34,745 bases of DNA from Candidatus Caldarchaeum sp. (GCA_038831915.1 JAWBKB010000015.1:1-34745), one strand, 5' to 3'. Positions 17,120 to 27,086 are shown, numbered from the stretch's first letter. Program-made: numbers and translations. The notes: generated by a model not told the origin, from the letters alone.

Positions 17120-17568
17120 AGAAACGTGAATTCGGGCCTCGAATAGCTTTTCTGGAAGTGCTGGTCGACGAAGACGGGTTTGACGCGAAGCTGAAAGCTG
17201 TCAAGCTTGTCGACGACGAGGGTGTGAAGCTGCTGCGTGGAAACGAGAAAACGCTTTTGAAAAAGTTGATGAATGTTCTACGGGATGTGGATTTGATTGT
17301 TACGTGGGGCGGTGAAAAATTCGACATCCCGCTTTTAATAGTTAAGGTTATTCGAACTGGGCTCGACCCCACAAACCTTCTTGAGGTTTTTCATTTCGAC
17401 GTGAAACGGTTTTTCAGCGATTTTTTCGCTTTGAACGACGTTGATTGGGAAAAAGCAGCCGCATTCGTCGGTGTCAAGAAGGGGAAGGGTAAAGCTGAAA
17501 CTGTCGCGCGAATATTTGAAAAACTGAAGCCTGTGCTACGTGTCGTGAAGCCTGAGCTTGCTGTTTAA
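17116..17568 (+). CDS. RNase H-like (DnaQ/YprB-type) domain protein, apparently degenerate
   Basis: EKTLLKKL...DLIVTWGGEKFDIPLL...HFDV corresponds to the ExoII region. The start overlaps the ahcY stop (TTGA). Confidence 0.6.
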   Translation: MKKREFGPRIAFLEVLVDEDGFDAKLKAVKLVDDEGVKLLRGNEKTLLKKLMNVLRDVDLIVTWGGEKFDIPLLIVKVIRTGLDPTNLLEVFHFDVKRFFSDFFALNDVDWEKAAAFVGVKKGKGKAETVARIFEKLKPVLRVVKPELAV

Positions 17569-18089
17569 TACCATTTGTCTTTGAGGCCTGTGATGTAGGC
17601 GAATCCATTCGTGGCGATGTGCATGAATATGGTGAAAACGAAAAGAGCCGCTATGGTTGCGGCGTCCAGCCAGTCAGGAAGGCCCGCGAACAAGTAAACA
17701 AATAGCATCGCGACTGCGAGGAAACCCGTCTGGTCGAGTATGGGAGCCGAACTACCCTGCTGAAGGCCCAACCTCCTCTTGATGAAAGCACCCACGACAT
17801 CGCCTGTCAACGCACCCACCGAAAGAAGAAAAACTTCAAACAAGCTGAAAAGCCAAGGCGCGAACTGATGCATAACCCATCCAGTGAAAAAACCAGATGA
17901 AACACCTGAAACAAATCCTTCCACAGTTTTCCCGTTGCCCAAAACCCGTCTCCCGTCGAAGAAATTTTTCCCAAAGTCGATGGGAGTGGTTTTTTTGAAG
18001 AATTTCACGGCGACAACGGGGGCCGCGTTAGAGACGTATGCAGGGAAAATGTAGCCGAGCCCGAGCAAAAAGCTGACGGCGTCCATCAA
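17565..18089 (-). CDS. carS: CDP-archaeol synthase
   Basis: PAYVSNAAP, PIDFG...DGRRVLGNGKTVEG, GDVVGAFIKRRLG, PILDQ and H..TN...Y..GLK. Confidence 0.94.
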   Translation of the reverse strand: MMDAVSFLLGLGYIFPAYVSNAAPVVAVKFFKKTTPIDFGKNFFDGRRVLGNGKTVEGFVSGVSSGFFTGWVMHQFAPWLFSLFEVFLLSVGALTGDVVGAFIKRRLGLQQGSSAPILDQTGFLAVAMLFVYLFAGLPDWLDAATIAALFVFTIFMHIATNGFAYITGLKDKWY

Positions 18090-18164
18090 AACACCGGTGG
18101 TTCGTGGACATATTAAAGCTGTTACGGAGACGTTATATGACGGATGTTCATAACTTGAAGCGAG

Positions 18165-19577
18165 TTGGTTCAGCTAACTCTTCACAGCTACGGCCCGCGT
18201 GCATCATTTGTTCTGGGTGAAACATCGGTCGAAGTCGGGCCCGATGTTTTCATCGCCGCCGAAGGTGCGGGAACTTTCGAAGGCGTGTCGGTTGAGAAAA
18301 AAATTGCAAAACTAGTCGCCGATGGAAAAAACCTCACCAAGACAGCTGAAAAAATTCACCGCGAATCGACACGGAGAGGCCACGCATCCATGACCACAAG
18401 CCTACATCTCCAGATGGAAGGGACCGAGATAAGCAGAGCTTTGTCGATGCTGCTCGTAGCGCCGCCGTTCGGCTCATACCTCCAAGAGTCGCAGCGCAGA
18501 GCCCCTGTAACACGTTCATCACTCATCATCCCGCGGTTCGAAGTTGAAAAGCATCGAAAAATTTTTGCGGAAACCGCCGAAGCACTCGTCGACACCTACG
18601 CCGATTTGGTGAAGATGGGAATCGAGCTCGAAGACGCGCGCTACGTGCTGCCCATTTGTGTGAAGACTTCGTTGTTCATCAGCTGCAGCTTTGAAAACTA
18701 CGTTGCATTCCTCCAGCTCGCGGAACAAAGCCGAAAATATGTTCCCGATGAAATCCATGAATTCGCCGAGAAGTTAAAACAGGTTCTATCAGAGATTGCC
18801 CCTATAATGACGCGGTCACGTATGTGGTTCCAAAACAGGCTGACGACGTATCCTTTTCCCAACCCTTTCAAGCCACGGGACATGTTCTTTGAGAAAATTT
18901 TAGATGGCAGGTTTGTCGACGAGCCCGTGCTTCTATCTGTTCACGGAGATTTAGCGGGTTTTAGGCTTGCGGAGCTTTTTTCATCGGAGCAGAAGGAAGA
19001 GCTTGACAGCGTTAACCCACTGGTGTACGCGGTTTTCCTCGAACCGATGTCACTCGTAGCATATCATCAAGCCATACGTCACCGAACAGTTGAAACAGCC
19101 GTCGAATCAATCTACCAAGCCGCCGCGAGAGCCGTCCAAGACAAGGCGAAAAACGTTGTCACACCGCCGTCAATCAAAAAATCATCCGACACAAATGATG
19201 TTTTCAACGCAGCTGTTGGAACCGCCTTGCAAACTTACAACGAACTTATTCAAGATGGATGCCAGCCTTCAAAAGCGGTGATGATTCTGCCTCAAGCTTT
19301 GAAGATTCACGTCATCCGAGGCTACAACGGCTTCAACCTAATGCATCCCTCCGGATTTGTCGCCACACGTACATGTAGCTACGCCCAGTGGGAAGAAAGA
19401 GCCATAGCATATAAAATCCTTTACGAAGCTATGAAGAAAATCCCCGGGCTTGGAGAGGTTGCTGGAGAGAAATGTCGTCAGCTGGGCTTCTGCCCGGAAA
19501 AAAGTTGGTGTCCCATAATACTAAAGTATCACCTATACGACGACGAAACACATCAGAGGTTTTGGAAATTTGATTAG
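18165..19577 (+). CDS. thyX: Tandem-domain FAD-dependent thymidylate synthase
   Basis: RRGHAS, QESQRR and EDARYVLP in the N-domain; RHR-x7-S (RHRTVETAVES) and R.C..AQWE.R in the C-domain. Confidence 0.88.
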   Translation: MVQLTLHSYGPRASFVLGETSVEVGPDVFIAAEGAGTFEGVSVEKKIAKLVADGKNLTKTAEKIHRESTRRGHASMTTSLHLQMEGTEISRALSMLLVAPPFGSYLQESQRRAPVTRSSLIIPRFEVEKHRKIFAETAEALVDTYADLVKMGIELEDARYVLPICVKTSLFISCSFENYVAFLQLAEQSRKYVPDEIHEFAEKLKQVLSEIAPIMTRSRMWFQNRLTTYPFPNPFKPRDMFFEKILDGRFVDEPVLLSVHGDLAGFRLAELFSSEQKEELDSVNPLVYAVFLEPMSLVAYHQAIRHRTVETAVESIYQAAARAVQDKAKNVVTPPSIKKSSDTNDVFNAAVGTALQTYNELIQDGCQPSKAVMILPQALKIHVIRGYNGFNLMHPSGFVATRTCSYAQWEERAIAYKILYEAMKKIPGLGEVAGEKCRQLGFCPEKSWCPIILKYHLYDDETHQRFWKFD

Positions 19578-20052
19578 CGACATGAAGGAAGTACGCGTCA
19601 AAAAGCTACAAATCGGCGGTCCAAGCATCAACTTCGACTACGCTCATTTTCTCCCCAACTCGCCTAAATGCGGCGTTCTCCACGGCCATTCATCGATGGT
19701 CATGGTCACAGTAGTCGGTGAAGTTGTTGACGACATGGTCGTCGAATTCGGAGAACTCAAAAAAACCGTGAAAAAAATTGTGGACGAAATGGACCATAAA
19801 CTAATCGTCTGCTCAAAATACGTTGAAAAAGTAGACGAAAACACCGTCTGCGTTTCCTTCGATGGAATTGGAGGTCATTATGAGTTGTTTCTGCCCGTTA
19901 GCTCGGTTTACGTGATTGAAAGAGATTCGACGGTGGAAAACATTTCTGAACACATAGCCAACAGGCTGAAAGCCGTGATGCCGAAAAACATCCGGAAAAT
20001 CCATGTCCGTATGACGGAAGGTTTCGGAAAGTCAGCAACCTCATCCACATGA
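19570..20052 (+). CDS. queD: 6-carboxy-5,6,7,8-tetrahydropterin synthase QueD
   Basis: FDYAH, CGVLHGH, MVVEF..LK, DH and STVEN...E. Confidence 0.9.
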   Translation: MISDMKEVRVKKLQIGGPSINFDYAHFLPNSPKCGVLHGHSSMVMVTVVGEVVDDMVVEFGELKKTVKKIVDEMDHKLIVCSKYVEKVDENTVCVSFDGIGGHYELFLPVSSVYVIERDSTVENISEHIANRLKAVMPKNIRKIHVRMTEGFGKSATSST

Positions 20053-20699
20053 AAATAGTTACGTTGATGTCAGGCGGCATAGATTCAACCGTCATGGTTT
20101 GGAAACTACTTCACGAAGGCCATAATGTTCTTCCACTCACCTTCCTCACGTATAGGAGAAACCCGCGGGAAATCGAAGCCGTAAAGAAAATCGCACAAAA
20201 AGCAGGCATCGGCGAACCGCTTTCACTCGACGTCAGCTATTTAAAGGAGGTCTTCGACTTTCCACATCATCTTAAGGAAAGGATTTTCGGCATGCAGAAG
20301 GATTTGCCCAACATCGTCATCCCCTACCGCAACATCATCTTCTACTCTGTTGCCGCCTACGTAGCCTGCCTTGAAGAAGCCGACGCGGTCGCAGGAGGAC
20401 ATACGAGGGAGGATGTGGAAAAAATCCCCGATGTAGGCGGTATGTTTTTCACGGAGCTGGAAAGGCTTTTCAAAATTTCTTTTCCGTTCTGCGACGTCAG
20501 AATAGTCGCTCCTCTTATAGACATGCAGAAGCTCGAAGTGGTGCGTCTCGGGATGGAGTTGAACGCGCCGCTGCAAATGACGTGGAGCTGTTGGTCGACG
20601 ATTGAAAAGCAGTGCGGCCGATGTCCAGGCTGTTTGGCGAGGAAAGAAGTTTTCCAGGAGGCTGGCGTGGTTGATGAAACCGATTACCTCGAAAAATAG
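20049..20699 (+). CDS. queC: 7-cyano-7-deazaguanine synthase QueC
   Basis: SGGIDS, PYRN and TWSCW...CGRCPGC..R. Confidence 0.92.
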   Translation: MKIVTLMSGGIDSTVMVWKLLHEGHNVLPLTFLTYRRNPREIEAVKKIAQKAGIGEPLSLDVSYLKEVFDFPHHLKERIFGMQKDLPNIVIPYRNIIFYSVAAYVACLEEADAVAGGHTREDVEKIPDVGGMFFTELERLFKISFPFCDVRIVAPLIDMQKLEVVRLGMELNAPLQMTWSCWSTIEKQCGRCPGCLARKEVFQEAGVVDETDYLEK

Positions 20700-20736
20700 C
20701 GTTTTTAACGTCTTTTACGGGGTTTGATGGGGTAAG

Positions 20737-21540
20737 ATGGAGAAAATAACTGTCGTCTACGCAGGCACACGGCCTTCAGCCGGCGAAGCCGCTGAAAAAC
20801 TCAGAAAAATTCTTCCAAACTATTTTAATGATTGGCGGGTGTTTTCGTTAAAGGAGTTCGAGGAAAATGTTCCTTTCCTGAACGAAGGTATTTTGATTGT
20901 TCTAGGCGGGGATGGAACAATGTTGAGAGCGGCTCGTCGCATCACTTCGCCAGCGGTAAAAGTTGTTGGGGTCAACTTCGGTCGAATTGGCTATCTCTGC
21001 GCGGTTGAGCCTCAAGAATTAGAAACCATGGTTTCGAAGCTGGCCTCAGGCGAATACACTGTTGAAAATGTGATGCGGCTTTCCGTCTTTGTGGATGATG
21101 AATTTCTGGCCGAAGCATTGAACGAGGTTTATGTTTCGGCGACGAAGCCTGGAGCAATAATCGAATACCGTGTCATTCAAAGGGAGCAGCTTGCTTCGGA
21201 CGTGGCTGACGGCGTGATTCTCGCCACATCTGTGGGTTCGACAGCGTATGCTTTTTCGAGCGGCGGCCCAATAGTAGATGAAATTCTCCAATCGGTGGTT
21301 GTTGTGCCGATGGCTTCGATGACGAACCTTAGGTCGATGGTTCTTTCAATTCATTCACCTGTACATATTTCGGTTGTGAAAGGTGAGTCACAGGCGTTAG
21401 TGGATGGACACACCAGCCGACCTGTGAAGAAAGGAGTGGTCAGGGTTGAGAAATCTCCGCGTAGCATCAGCATGTTGGCCTTTGACGAAAGACGTTTGTT
21501 CAGCCGGAGGTTGAGGAAGCGGCTGTATGGAAAGCCGTAA
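20737..21540 (+). CDS. nadK: NAD(+) kinase
   Basis: GGDGT, GVNFGRIGYL, ALNE and DG....T..GSTAYAFSSGGP. Confidence 0.94.
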   Translation: MEKITVVYAGTRPSAGEAAEKLRKILPNYFNDWRVFSLKEFEENVPFLNEGILIVLGGDGTMLRAARRITSPAVKVVGVNFGRIGYLCAVEPQELETMVSKLASGEYTVENVMRLSVFVDDEFLAEALNEVYVSATKPGAIIEYRVIQREQLASDVADGVILATSVGSTAYAFSSGGPIVDEILQSVVVVPMASMTNLRSMVLSIHSPVHISVVKGESQALVDGHTSRPVKKGVVRVEKSPRSISMLAFDERRLFSRRLRKRLYGKP

Positions 21541-22033
21541 AGTCTATGTTTTGGACACGACAGCTATAATTTCAGCCCAGTTCGAACCGGGCCCCGTCGA
21601 AATCGTAACCGTGCAGGAGGTTGTGGATGAAGTTCTTTACGGTGGCCTTGCTCCGCAGAGAATTTCCACAGCTCTGTCAACACAAGCCGTTAAGCTGAAG
21701 AAGCCTTCGCAGGAAGCGGTTGAAAAAGTTCGCTCGGTCGCGCGTGAAACAGGAGACCTTCCGAAGTTGTCGAAAACTGATTTAGCGGTTCTCGCCGTCG
21801 CGGTGGATGAGATGGATAAGGGACGTGATGTTTACGTGTTGACCGATGACTATGGGTTGCAGAACACGGCGTTGAAGCTTGGGCTGAAAGTGGCCGGTGT
21901 CCGGCTCGGCGTGGTCAGGGAGATTAGGGAATGGGTTTTCCGATGCTCGGTCTGTGGAAAGATTTACAAAACTCCTGTGAGCCGTTGCGTTGATTGTGGC
22001 GGAGAGGTCGGCCGAATAGCGAAGAAACCTTAA
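21527..22033 (+). CDS. nob1: Nob1 family rRNA-maturation endonuclease (PIN + zinc ribbon)
   Basis: VLDTTA, V.DE, ETGD...LS.TD, TDDYGLQN and CxxC...CxxCG. Confidence 0.93.
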   Translation: MESRKVYVLDTTAIISAQFEPGPVEIVTVQEVVDEVLYGGLAPQRISTALSTQAVKLKKPSQEAVEKVRSVARETGDLPKLSKTDLAVLAVAVDEMDKGRDVYVLTDDYGLQNTALKLGLKVAGVRLGVVREIREWVFRCSVCGKIYKTPVSRCVDCGGEVGRIAKKP

Positions 22034-22581
22034 CCTTTTGACAGCAGATATCCTGAAAGCATCAAGCCCCAGCTCAGCACGGGATAGACGATGAGCCTTT
22101 CCATTCCGCCGTGTCCCAGACCGAGATAGTTGCCAGAGCCGAAGAGAACCAACGCCGCGAGGCAAACAACGCCCGAAACAACCGAGATGATTCCCATCAA
22201 TCTGGAAAGAACTCGGACGCCGTAGATAGCCGCGATACCTGCGAAGAAAAACGTGATGAACGAGAAAACCGTGTGAAGAACAGGCACGTTTTCAGGGAAC
22301 AGTCCGACGCCGAAGGCCCCGACTCCCGTAATGGCGATAAGAGCCGCGAAAACTTTGCTGTTGAAAGTTGCGTAGCCAAAATACGCTGCTGCTACGATGC
22401 ATAAGCCGAGGAAAGAAACAGATGTGTTGAACACGGGCGCTGCGACCCCGACGCCGAGGTCGCTGATGTAGTTATTCGCGACACTGTATCCTGGATATAT
22501 TGATTCAGCTACTCTGAGGAAAAACATGAACTGCGAAATGCCTACGAAAAGCAGAACACCTGCTACCAAGTTCTTCTTCAT
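22030..22581 (-). CDS. DUF998 family membrane protein
   Basis: YPGYS...NYISDLG, FN, GVGLFPE...H and GGMERLIVYP...W. Confidence 0.8.
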   Translation of the reverse strand: MKKNLVAGVLLFVGISQFMFFLRVAESIYPGYSVANNYISDLGVGVAAPVFNTSVSFLGLCIVAAAYFGYATFNSKVFAALIAITGVGAFGVGLFPENVPVLHTVFSFITFFFAGIAAIYGVRVLSRLMGIISVVSGVVCLAALVLFGSGNYLGLGHGGMERLIVYPVLSWGLMLSGYLLSKG

Positions 22582-22613
22582 GCATACAGAAACGTGTTGT
22601 AAGTATTTTTGCG

Positions 22614-23150
22614 TTACCTTTGATACCGGCGGATGGCTAATATGGTTACCTGTGCGCCTGCCGCGCTGAGGACAACATTCGCCGCGATGGCTCCAACCCA
22701 GATGAAGGCAACGGCTATTGGCGACGCTTGGAACAACCCCACGTACGTCAGTATGGACATGGCCGCGATTCCTTCAAAAACACCGCTTATCATCGTGGCC
22801 GTGATCATTCTTCGGGGTCGGCGGCAGTTTTCCATGTAGTTTTTTCCGAGAAATAGGTCATAGGTGAGGCCTGCAGCGAAATTTGACGCGATGAGATAGG
22901 CGGCTGCTGGTGCGGGGATGATGGCTGAAAACACTAGTCCTGAGACAAGCCCCATTATCGTCGCTGTTCCCTTCGTCCGTGTGAACGCTGCGGCCGCTGG
23001 CATGGTTAAACCTCTGTAGAAATGAGCCGGATATCCTCTGAGGATGGGTAAGGCGAGGCCCGTCACAGTCGTTAGGAAAAGGTAGGCTGAAGTGAAAAGG
23101 GCTATGACTGATATGGTTTTTGCGGATTTGAGTGTGGGAACGGGTTGCAT
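22614..23150 (-). CDS. Membrane protein, ECF S-component-like
   Basis: About six TM helices with a KGTATIMGLVSGL pattern. ATG 23150 has a TATA-like tatata about 25 nt upstream. Confidence 0.6.
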   Translation of the reverse strand: MQPVPTLKSAKTISVIALFTSAYLFLTTVTGLALPILRGYPAHFYRGLTMPAAAAFTRTKGTATIMGLVSGLVFSAIIPAPAAAYLIASNFAAGLTYDLFLGKNYMENCRRPRRMITATMISGVFEGIAAMSILTYVGLFQASPIAVAFIWVGAIAANVVLSAAGAQVTILAIRRYQR

Positions 23151-23235
23151 GTTGCTGAATCCGCATAGAGATATATAAACTATCTGCGGAAACACACAGT
23201 TCAAACATTAATTCAAACAGCCATGACAAAAGGCT

Positions 23236-24768
23236 GTGAAAGACGTCGTCGCGGTGGTGGATTTCGGCGGCCAATACGCTCATCTAATCAGCCGAAGAAT
23301 ACGCGGGCTCGGAGTTAAAACCGAAGTCATCCCATACAAAAATCTCGGCGAAACATCTCTCGCAAAATATCGTGGAGTGATTCTTTCGGGAGGGCCTGCC
23401 AGCGTATACGAAGAAGACGCTCCGAAGCCTTCCGTGGAAAAGTTGGAAGGACGGCCTGTTCTCGGAATCTGCTACGGCCACCAGCTACTCGCCCATCTCT
23501 ACGGAGGCGAAGTCCAGAAAGCGTCTGTCCGCGAATACGGCCGAACCGAAATCAAAGTAGACAACTCATGTCTCCTGTTCAAGGGCTTACCTCGGTTGTT
23601 CAGAGTTTGGATGAGCCATTCAGACCACGTCACCCGGCTTCCACCCGGGTTTAGGTCAGCCGCTTCCACGGCCACTTCGCCGTACGCATCGATAGCCAAC
23701 ACAGAAAAACGAATTTACGGGGTCCAATTTCATCCCGAAGTCGCTCACACGGAGCACGGTGAAAAGATTCTCGCCAACTTCGTCTTCGAAATATGCGGAT
23801 GCAAGCCGTCGTGGAAAATGGAAAACTACGTTGAAAAAGTCGTGAATGAAATCCGTGCTGAACTCGGAGAAGGACGTGTTTTGTGCGCGGTGAGCGGAGG
23901 TATAGACTCAACCGTGACAGCGGCCCTTGTATCCAAAGCCGTCGGAAACAAGCTTACATGTCTTTTCGTCAACCATGGTTTGCTCAGAAAGAACGAGCCT
24001 GAAAAAGTCCATGAAGCTTTGAAGAAAATCGTCGGCAAGGAAAACGTCGTTTACGTCGACGCGTCCGAAAGGTTCCTCAAAAAATTACGCGGTGTCACGG
24101 ACCCGGAGGAGAAAAGAAAAATCATCGGGCACGAGTTTGCAGCTATTTTCGAGGAATTCGGCAAATCACACGGGCCTTTCACTCATCTAGCGCAGGGAAC
24201 GCTTTACCCCGACGTTGTCGAAAGCGGAAGGTCGGTCGGCGGCTCAGCAGTAATCAAAACACATCACAACGTCGGAGGCATGCCTGAAACATTCCAGCTC
24301 AAACTCATCGAACCCCTCAAAGAACTCTACAAAGACGAAGTCAGAGAGATAGCGAAAATCATCGGCCTACCAGATTGGCTGGTCAAACGCCATCCATTCC
24401 CCGGCCCGGGCCTCGCAGTCCGAATAATCGGCGAAGTCACACCAGCGAAGCTGAAAATATGTAGAGAGGCTTCAGCCATCGTGGAGGAGGAGCTTGAACG
24501 CGCAGGGTTACTGGATGATGTTTGGCAGGCTTTCGCCATCGTCGGCGACGACAAAGCAACCGGAGTAAAAGGCGACCAAAGATTTTTGGGCTATGTAGTG
24601 ACGGTGAGAGTTGTTTCATCGGTTGACGCGATGACCGCTGACTTCGTCCCACTTCCATACGATGTGCTCGACAGAATAGCGCGACGAATCACTAATGAAA
24701 TCGAAGAAGCCACGTGGGTGACTTACGCGATTTCAAGCAAGCCGCCGGCAACCATCGAACCCCAGTAG
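23236..24768 (+). CDS. guaA: GMP synthase (glutamine-hydrolysing), fused GATase + ATPPase
   Basis: DFGGQY, SGGP.SV, GICYG, QFHPE, SGGIDS, QGTLYPDVVES, IKTHHNVGG and KPPATIE. Confidence 0.97.
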   Translation: MKDVVAVVDFGGQYAHLISRRIRGLGVKTEVIPYKNLGETSLAKYRGVILSGGPASVYEEDAPKPSVEKLEGRPVLGICYGHQLLAHLYGGEVQKASVREYGRTEIKVDNSCLLFKGLPRLFRVWMSHSDHVTRLPPGFRSAASTATSPYASIANTEKRIYGVQFHPEVAHTEHGEKILANFVFEICGCKPSWKMENYVEKVVNEIRAELGEGRVLCAVSGGIDSTVTAALVSKAVGNKLTCLFVNHGLLRKNEPEKVHEALKKIVGKENVVYVDASERFLKKLRGVTDPEEKRKIIGHEFAAIFEEFGKSHGPFTHLAQGTLYPDVVESGRSVGGSAVIKTHHNVGGMPETFQLKLIEPLKELYKDEVREIAKIIGLPDWLVKRHPFPGPGLAVRIIGEVTPAKLKICREASAIVEEELERAGLLDDVWQAFAIVGDDKATGVKGDQRFLGYVVTVRVVSSVDAMTADFVPLPYDVLDRIARRITNEIEEATWVTYAISSKPPATIEPQ

Positions 24769-24769
24769 C

Positions 24770-25579
24770 TCATCGTCCTTTCCACACAGGTTTTCTTTTC
24801 TCGAGAAAAGCCCGCGCACCCTCTTTTTGGTCCTCTGTGTAAAAGAGCGATGCAAACAGGTTTAGCTCAGTCCTGAGACCTGCCAGCAATCCTGTTTCGA
24901 GAGCTGAGTTCACGGCTTCTTTCACAGCGGCGAGAGCGACCGGAGGTTTTGACAAAAGCTTGTCAACCAAATTTTTCACAGCGTCGTCGAGTTTATCACG
25001 GGGCGCGACGATATTCACGACGCCCATTTTTGCGCATTCATAAGCCGTCAACCTGTCGCCTGTCATCAGAATTTCCTTCGCCTTCTTCTCGCCCACGAGC
25101 TTGGTGATTCGCTGTGTTCCACCACCGCCCGGGATGAATCCAAGATTTATCTCCGGCAATCCGAACACGGCGTCCTGCGCCGCGACTATCAGGTCGCATG
25201 ACATCGCGAGTTCAAATCCTCCGCCGAGGCAGTAGCCTTCGACGACGGCGACAACCGGCTTCTGCATGTTACGGATGACCGTGGAAATAGCCATAGACGT
25301 TCCGACTTCGTTCCAGTTGCGTATGGCATCTTCGGGCCTCCATTCAAGAAAAAGACGGATATCGGCTCCAGCGCTGAAATTACCGCCTGCTCCGCGTATC
25401 AAAACCACGCGAACCGCAGTGTCACGGGCTGCGTCTTCCAACGCTGTTTTGAGCTCTTTTCGCATTTCGAGGTCGAGGGCGTTGTATTTAGCCGGGTTGT
25501 TCAAAACAATTGTTGCGACATTGTTTTCCTTGGCGTAGATTATTTTGCTGAATTCGTCAGTCATAGTGGTTAAGGTCAT
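24770..25579 (-). CDS. Enoyl-CoA hydratase/isomerase (crotonase)
   Basis: FSAGADI, GYCLGGGFELAMSCD, FGLPEINLGFIPGGGGTQR (both catalytic Glu) and EGARAFLEKRKP. Confidence 0.93.
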   Translation of the reverse strand: MTLTTMTDEFSKIIYAKENNVATIVLNNPAKYNALDLEMRKELKTALEDAARDTAVRVVLIRGAGGNFSAGADIRLFLEWRPEDAIRNWNEVGTSMAISTVIRNMQKPVVAVVEGYCLGGGFELAMSCDLIVAAQDAVFGLPEINLGFIPGGGGTQRITKLVGEKKAKEILMTGDRLTAYECAKMGVVNIVAPRDKLDDAVKNLVDKLLSKPPVALAAVKEAVNSALETGLLAGLRTELNLFASLFYTEDQKEGARAFLEKRKPVWKGR

Positions 25580-25595
25580 CGACTGTATATATCTG

Positions 25596-26370
25596 TCAAG
25601 TGGAAGGCCTGAAACCGGGGAGGAACTTTTTCCGAATGTATCCGCTTGCGAGGTCTATCGCGATGACGGTCGCGAGAGTCAGTAGGAGGACTGTGGTGAA
25701 GCTGCCGTAGCGGAGTGATTCGATGTAGCTTATCATGAGAAACCCGACGCCTCCTGCGCCGACGAATCCGAGAACCGCTGACGAACGAATGTTGTATTCA
25801 AACATGAACAGGAGCTGGCTGACGATGTTGTTCATCGACTCTGTGAAAACTGCCTGCCGAACCAAAACAAGCCGAGAAGCGCCTGTGACCTTCAACGCAT
25901 CAAGCACTTCAGCGTCAACGGCTTCAAACGCCTCGTAGAGAAGCTTGGAAAGATAGCCAAAGGAGTAAACTGCGACGGCGAGAGTGCCGGCGAGAGGCCC
26001 TAATCCGACGGCGATTACGAAGACGACGGCCCAGAAAAGCGCTGGCACGGTTCTGACGAAGCCGAGAAAAGCGCGGACTGGAGACGTGACATATGACGGG
26101 AAAATGTTCCTCATGGCGAAAGCTGAAGCAGGCAAAGCCAGAACAAACCCGACTACCGTTCCTACAAAAGCAATTTGAACAGTTTCGAGTAGAGCGGCCG
26201 TGGTTTCAGGAAGAGTATCGAAGCTCGGCGGAAACATTTCAGTAAGTAATGCGGCGAGGTTAGCGACTCCACGGCTTAACCTCTGAAAATCTGTGAATCC
26301 GAGCTGAGACGCGGAATAGACGAACGCCGCTATGAATAGGACGTAGGTGATTTGTTTACCGAAATTTCAC
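25596..26370 (-). CDS. phnE: PhnE-type ABC permease; 5' end disrupted or non-canonical
   Basis: FPP, ETVQIA..GT, RTVP, G.GP.AG and FEYNIRSSAVLGFVGAGGVG. The frame stays open for 43 codons upstream of ATG 26237 and includes a TM helix, but has no start codon. Confidence 0.85.
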
Positions 26371-27083
26371 CGCATGGTTCCCCCGCTGAGGATGGTTGCC
26401 AACGTGTTTACGTCGATTTGGCCGGCTGGCATGTCTGCTGTGATGCGGCCGTCTTTGAGGACTGCAACCCTGTCGGCGAATTTGTTGACAAGCTGGACGT
26501 CGTGCATCGTCATCAGTAATGCTATGTTGTTCCGTTTGCAAATTTTGTTGGTTAGAGTCATGACTTCGATGGCGTTTATGATGTCAAGGTCGGAGACGAA
26601 TTCATCGGCGAGGAGGATGGAGGGTGACTGCATCAAAGACCGTGCCACCGCAACCCTCTGTCTTTCGCCACCGCTTAGAAGACCGGCTTTCCTGTCAGCG
26701 ACGTCCGCCAATCCCATTTCGCCCAGCAACCTATACGCCTTTTCAACCTCCTCGGCGGGAAACTTGCTAACCATTCCGGCTAAAACACCAACTCGGCCTA
26801 GCGAGCCATGCAAAACATTCTGCAAAGCGGTCAAATTTTTCACAAGACCGACGTTCTGCGGAATATATCCGATTCCTCCTCTGTCTGCTGTCACCTCGAC
26901 TATTCCTTCATATGGGTATAGTAGGCCTGCTATGATTTTGAGAAGCGTTGTTTTTCCCGACCCTGAATAACCCATGATGGCGAGTGATTCGCCTGCGTGT
27001 AGGTCGAGGTTGACGCCGTCAAGTATTTTGCGTCGGCCGTCGTATGAAAAAGAAAGTCCGCGGATAGTTAGCAGGCGTTTCAA
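26367..27083 (-). CDS. phnC: PhnC-type ABC ATP-binding protein
   Basis: GYSGSGKTT, LTALQNVLHG.LG, LSGGERQRV, LADEF.S.LD and H-loop. Confidence 0.9.
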   Translation of the reverse strand: MKRLLTIRGLSFSYDGRRKILDGVNLDLHAGESLAIMGYSGSGKTTLLKIIAGLLYPYEGIVEVTADRGGIGYIPQNVGLVKNLTALQNVLHGSLGRVGVLAGMVSKFPAEEVEKAYRLLGEMGLADVADRKAGLLSGGERQRVAVARSLMQSPSILLADEFVSDLDIINAIEVMTLTNKICKRNNIALLMTMHDVQLVNKFADRVAVLKDGRITADMPAGQIDVNTLATILSGGTMR

Positions 27084-27086
27084 AGG

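Noticed and set aside
19570-20699. queD-queC as part of a dpd DNA-modification island
   Set aside because: No dpdA/TGT-like gene in the window; composition and neighbours are core-like.
26347-26970. 207-aa plus-strand ORF
   Set aside because: Typical antisense shadow ORF of an ABC ATPase gene.
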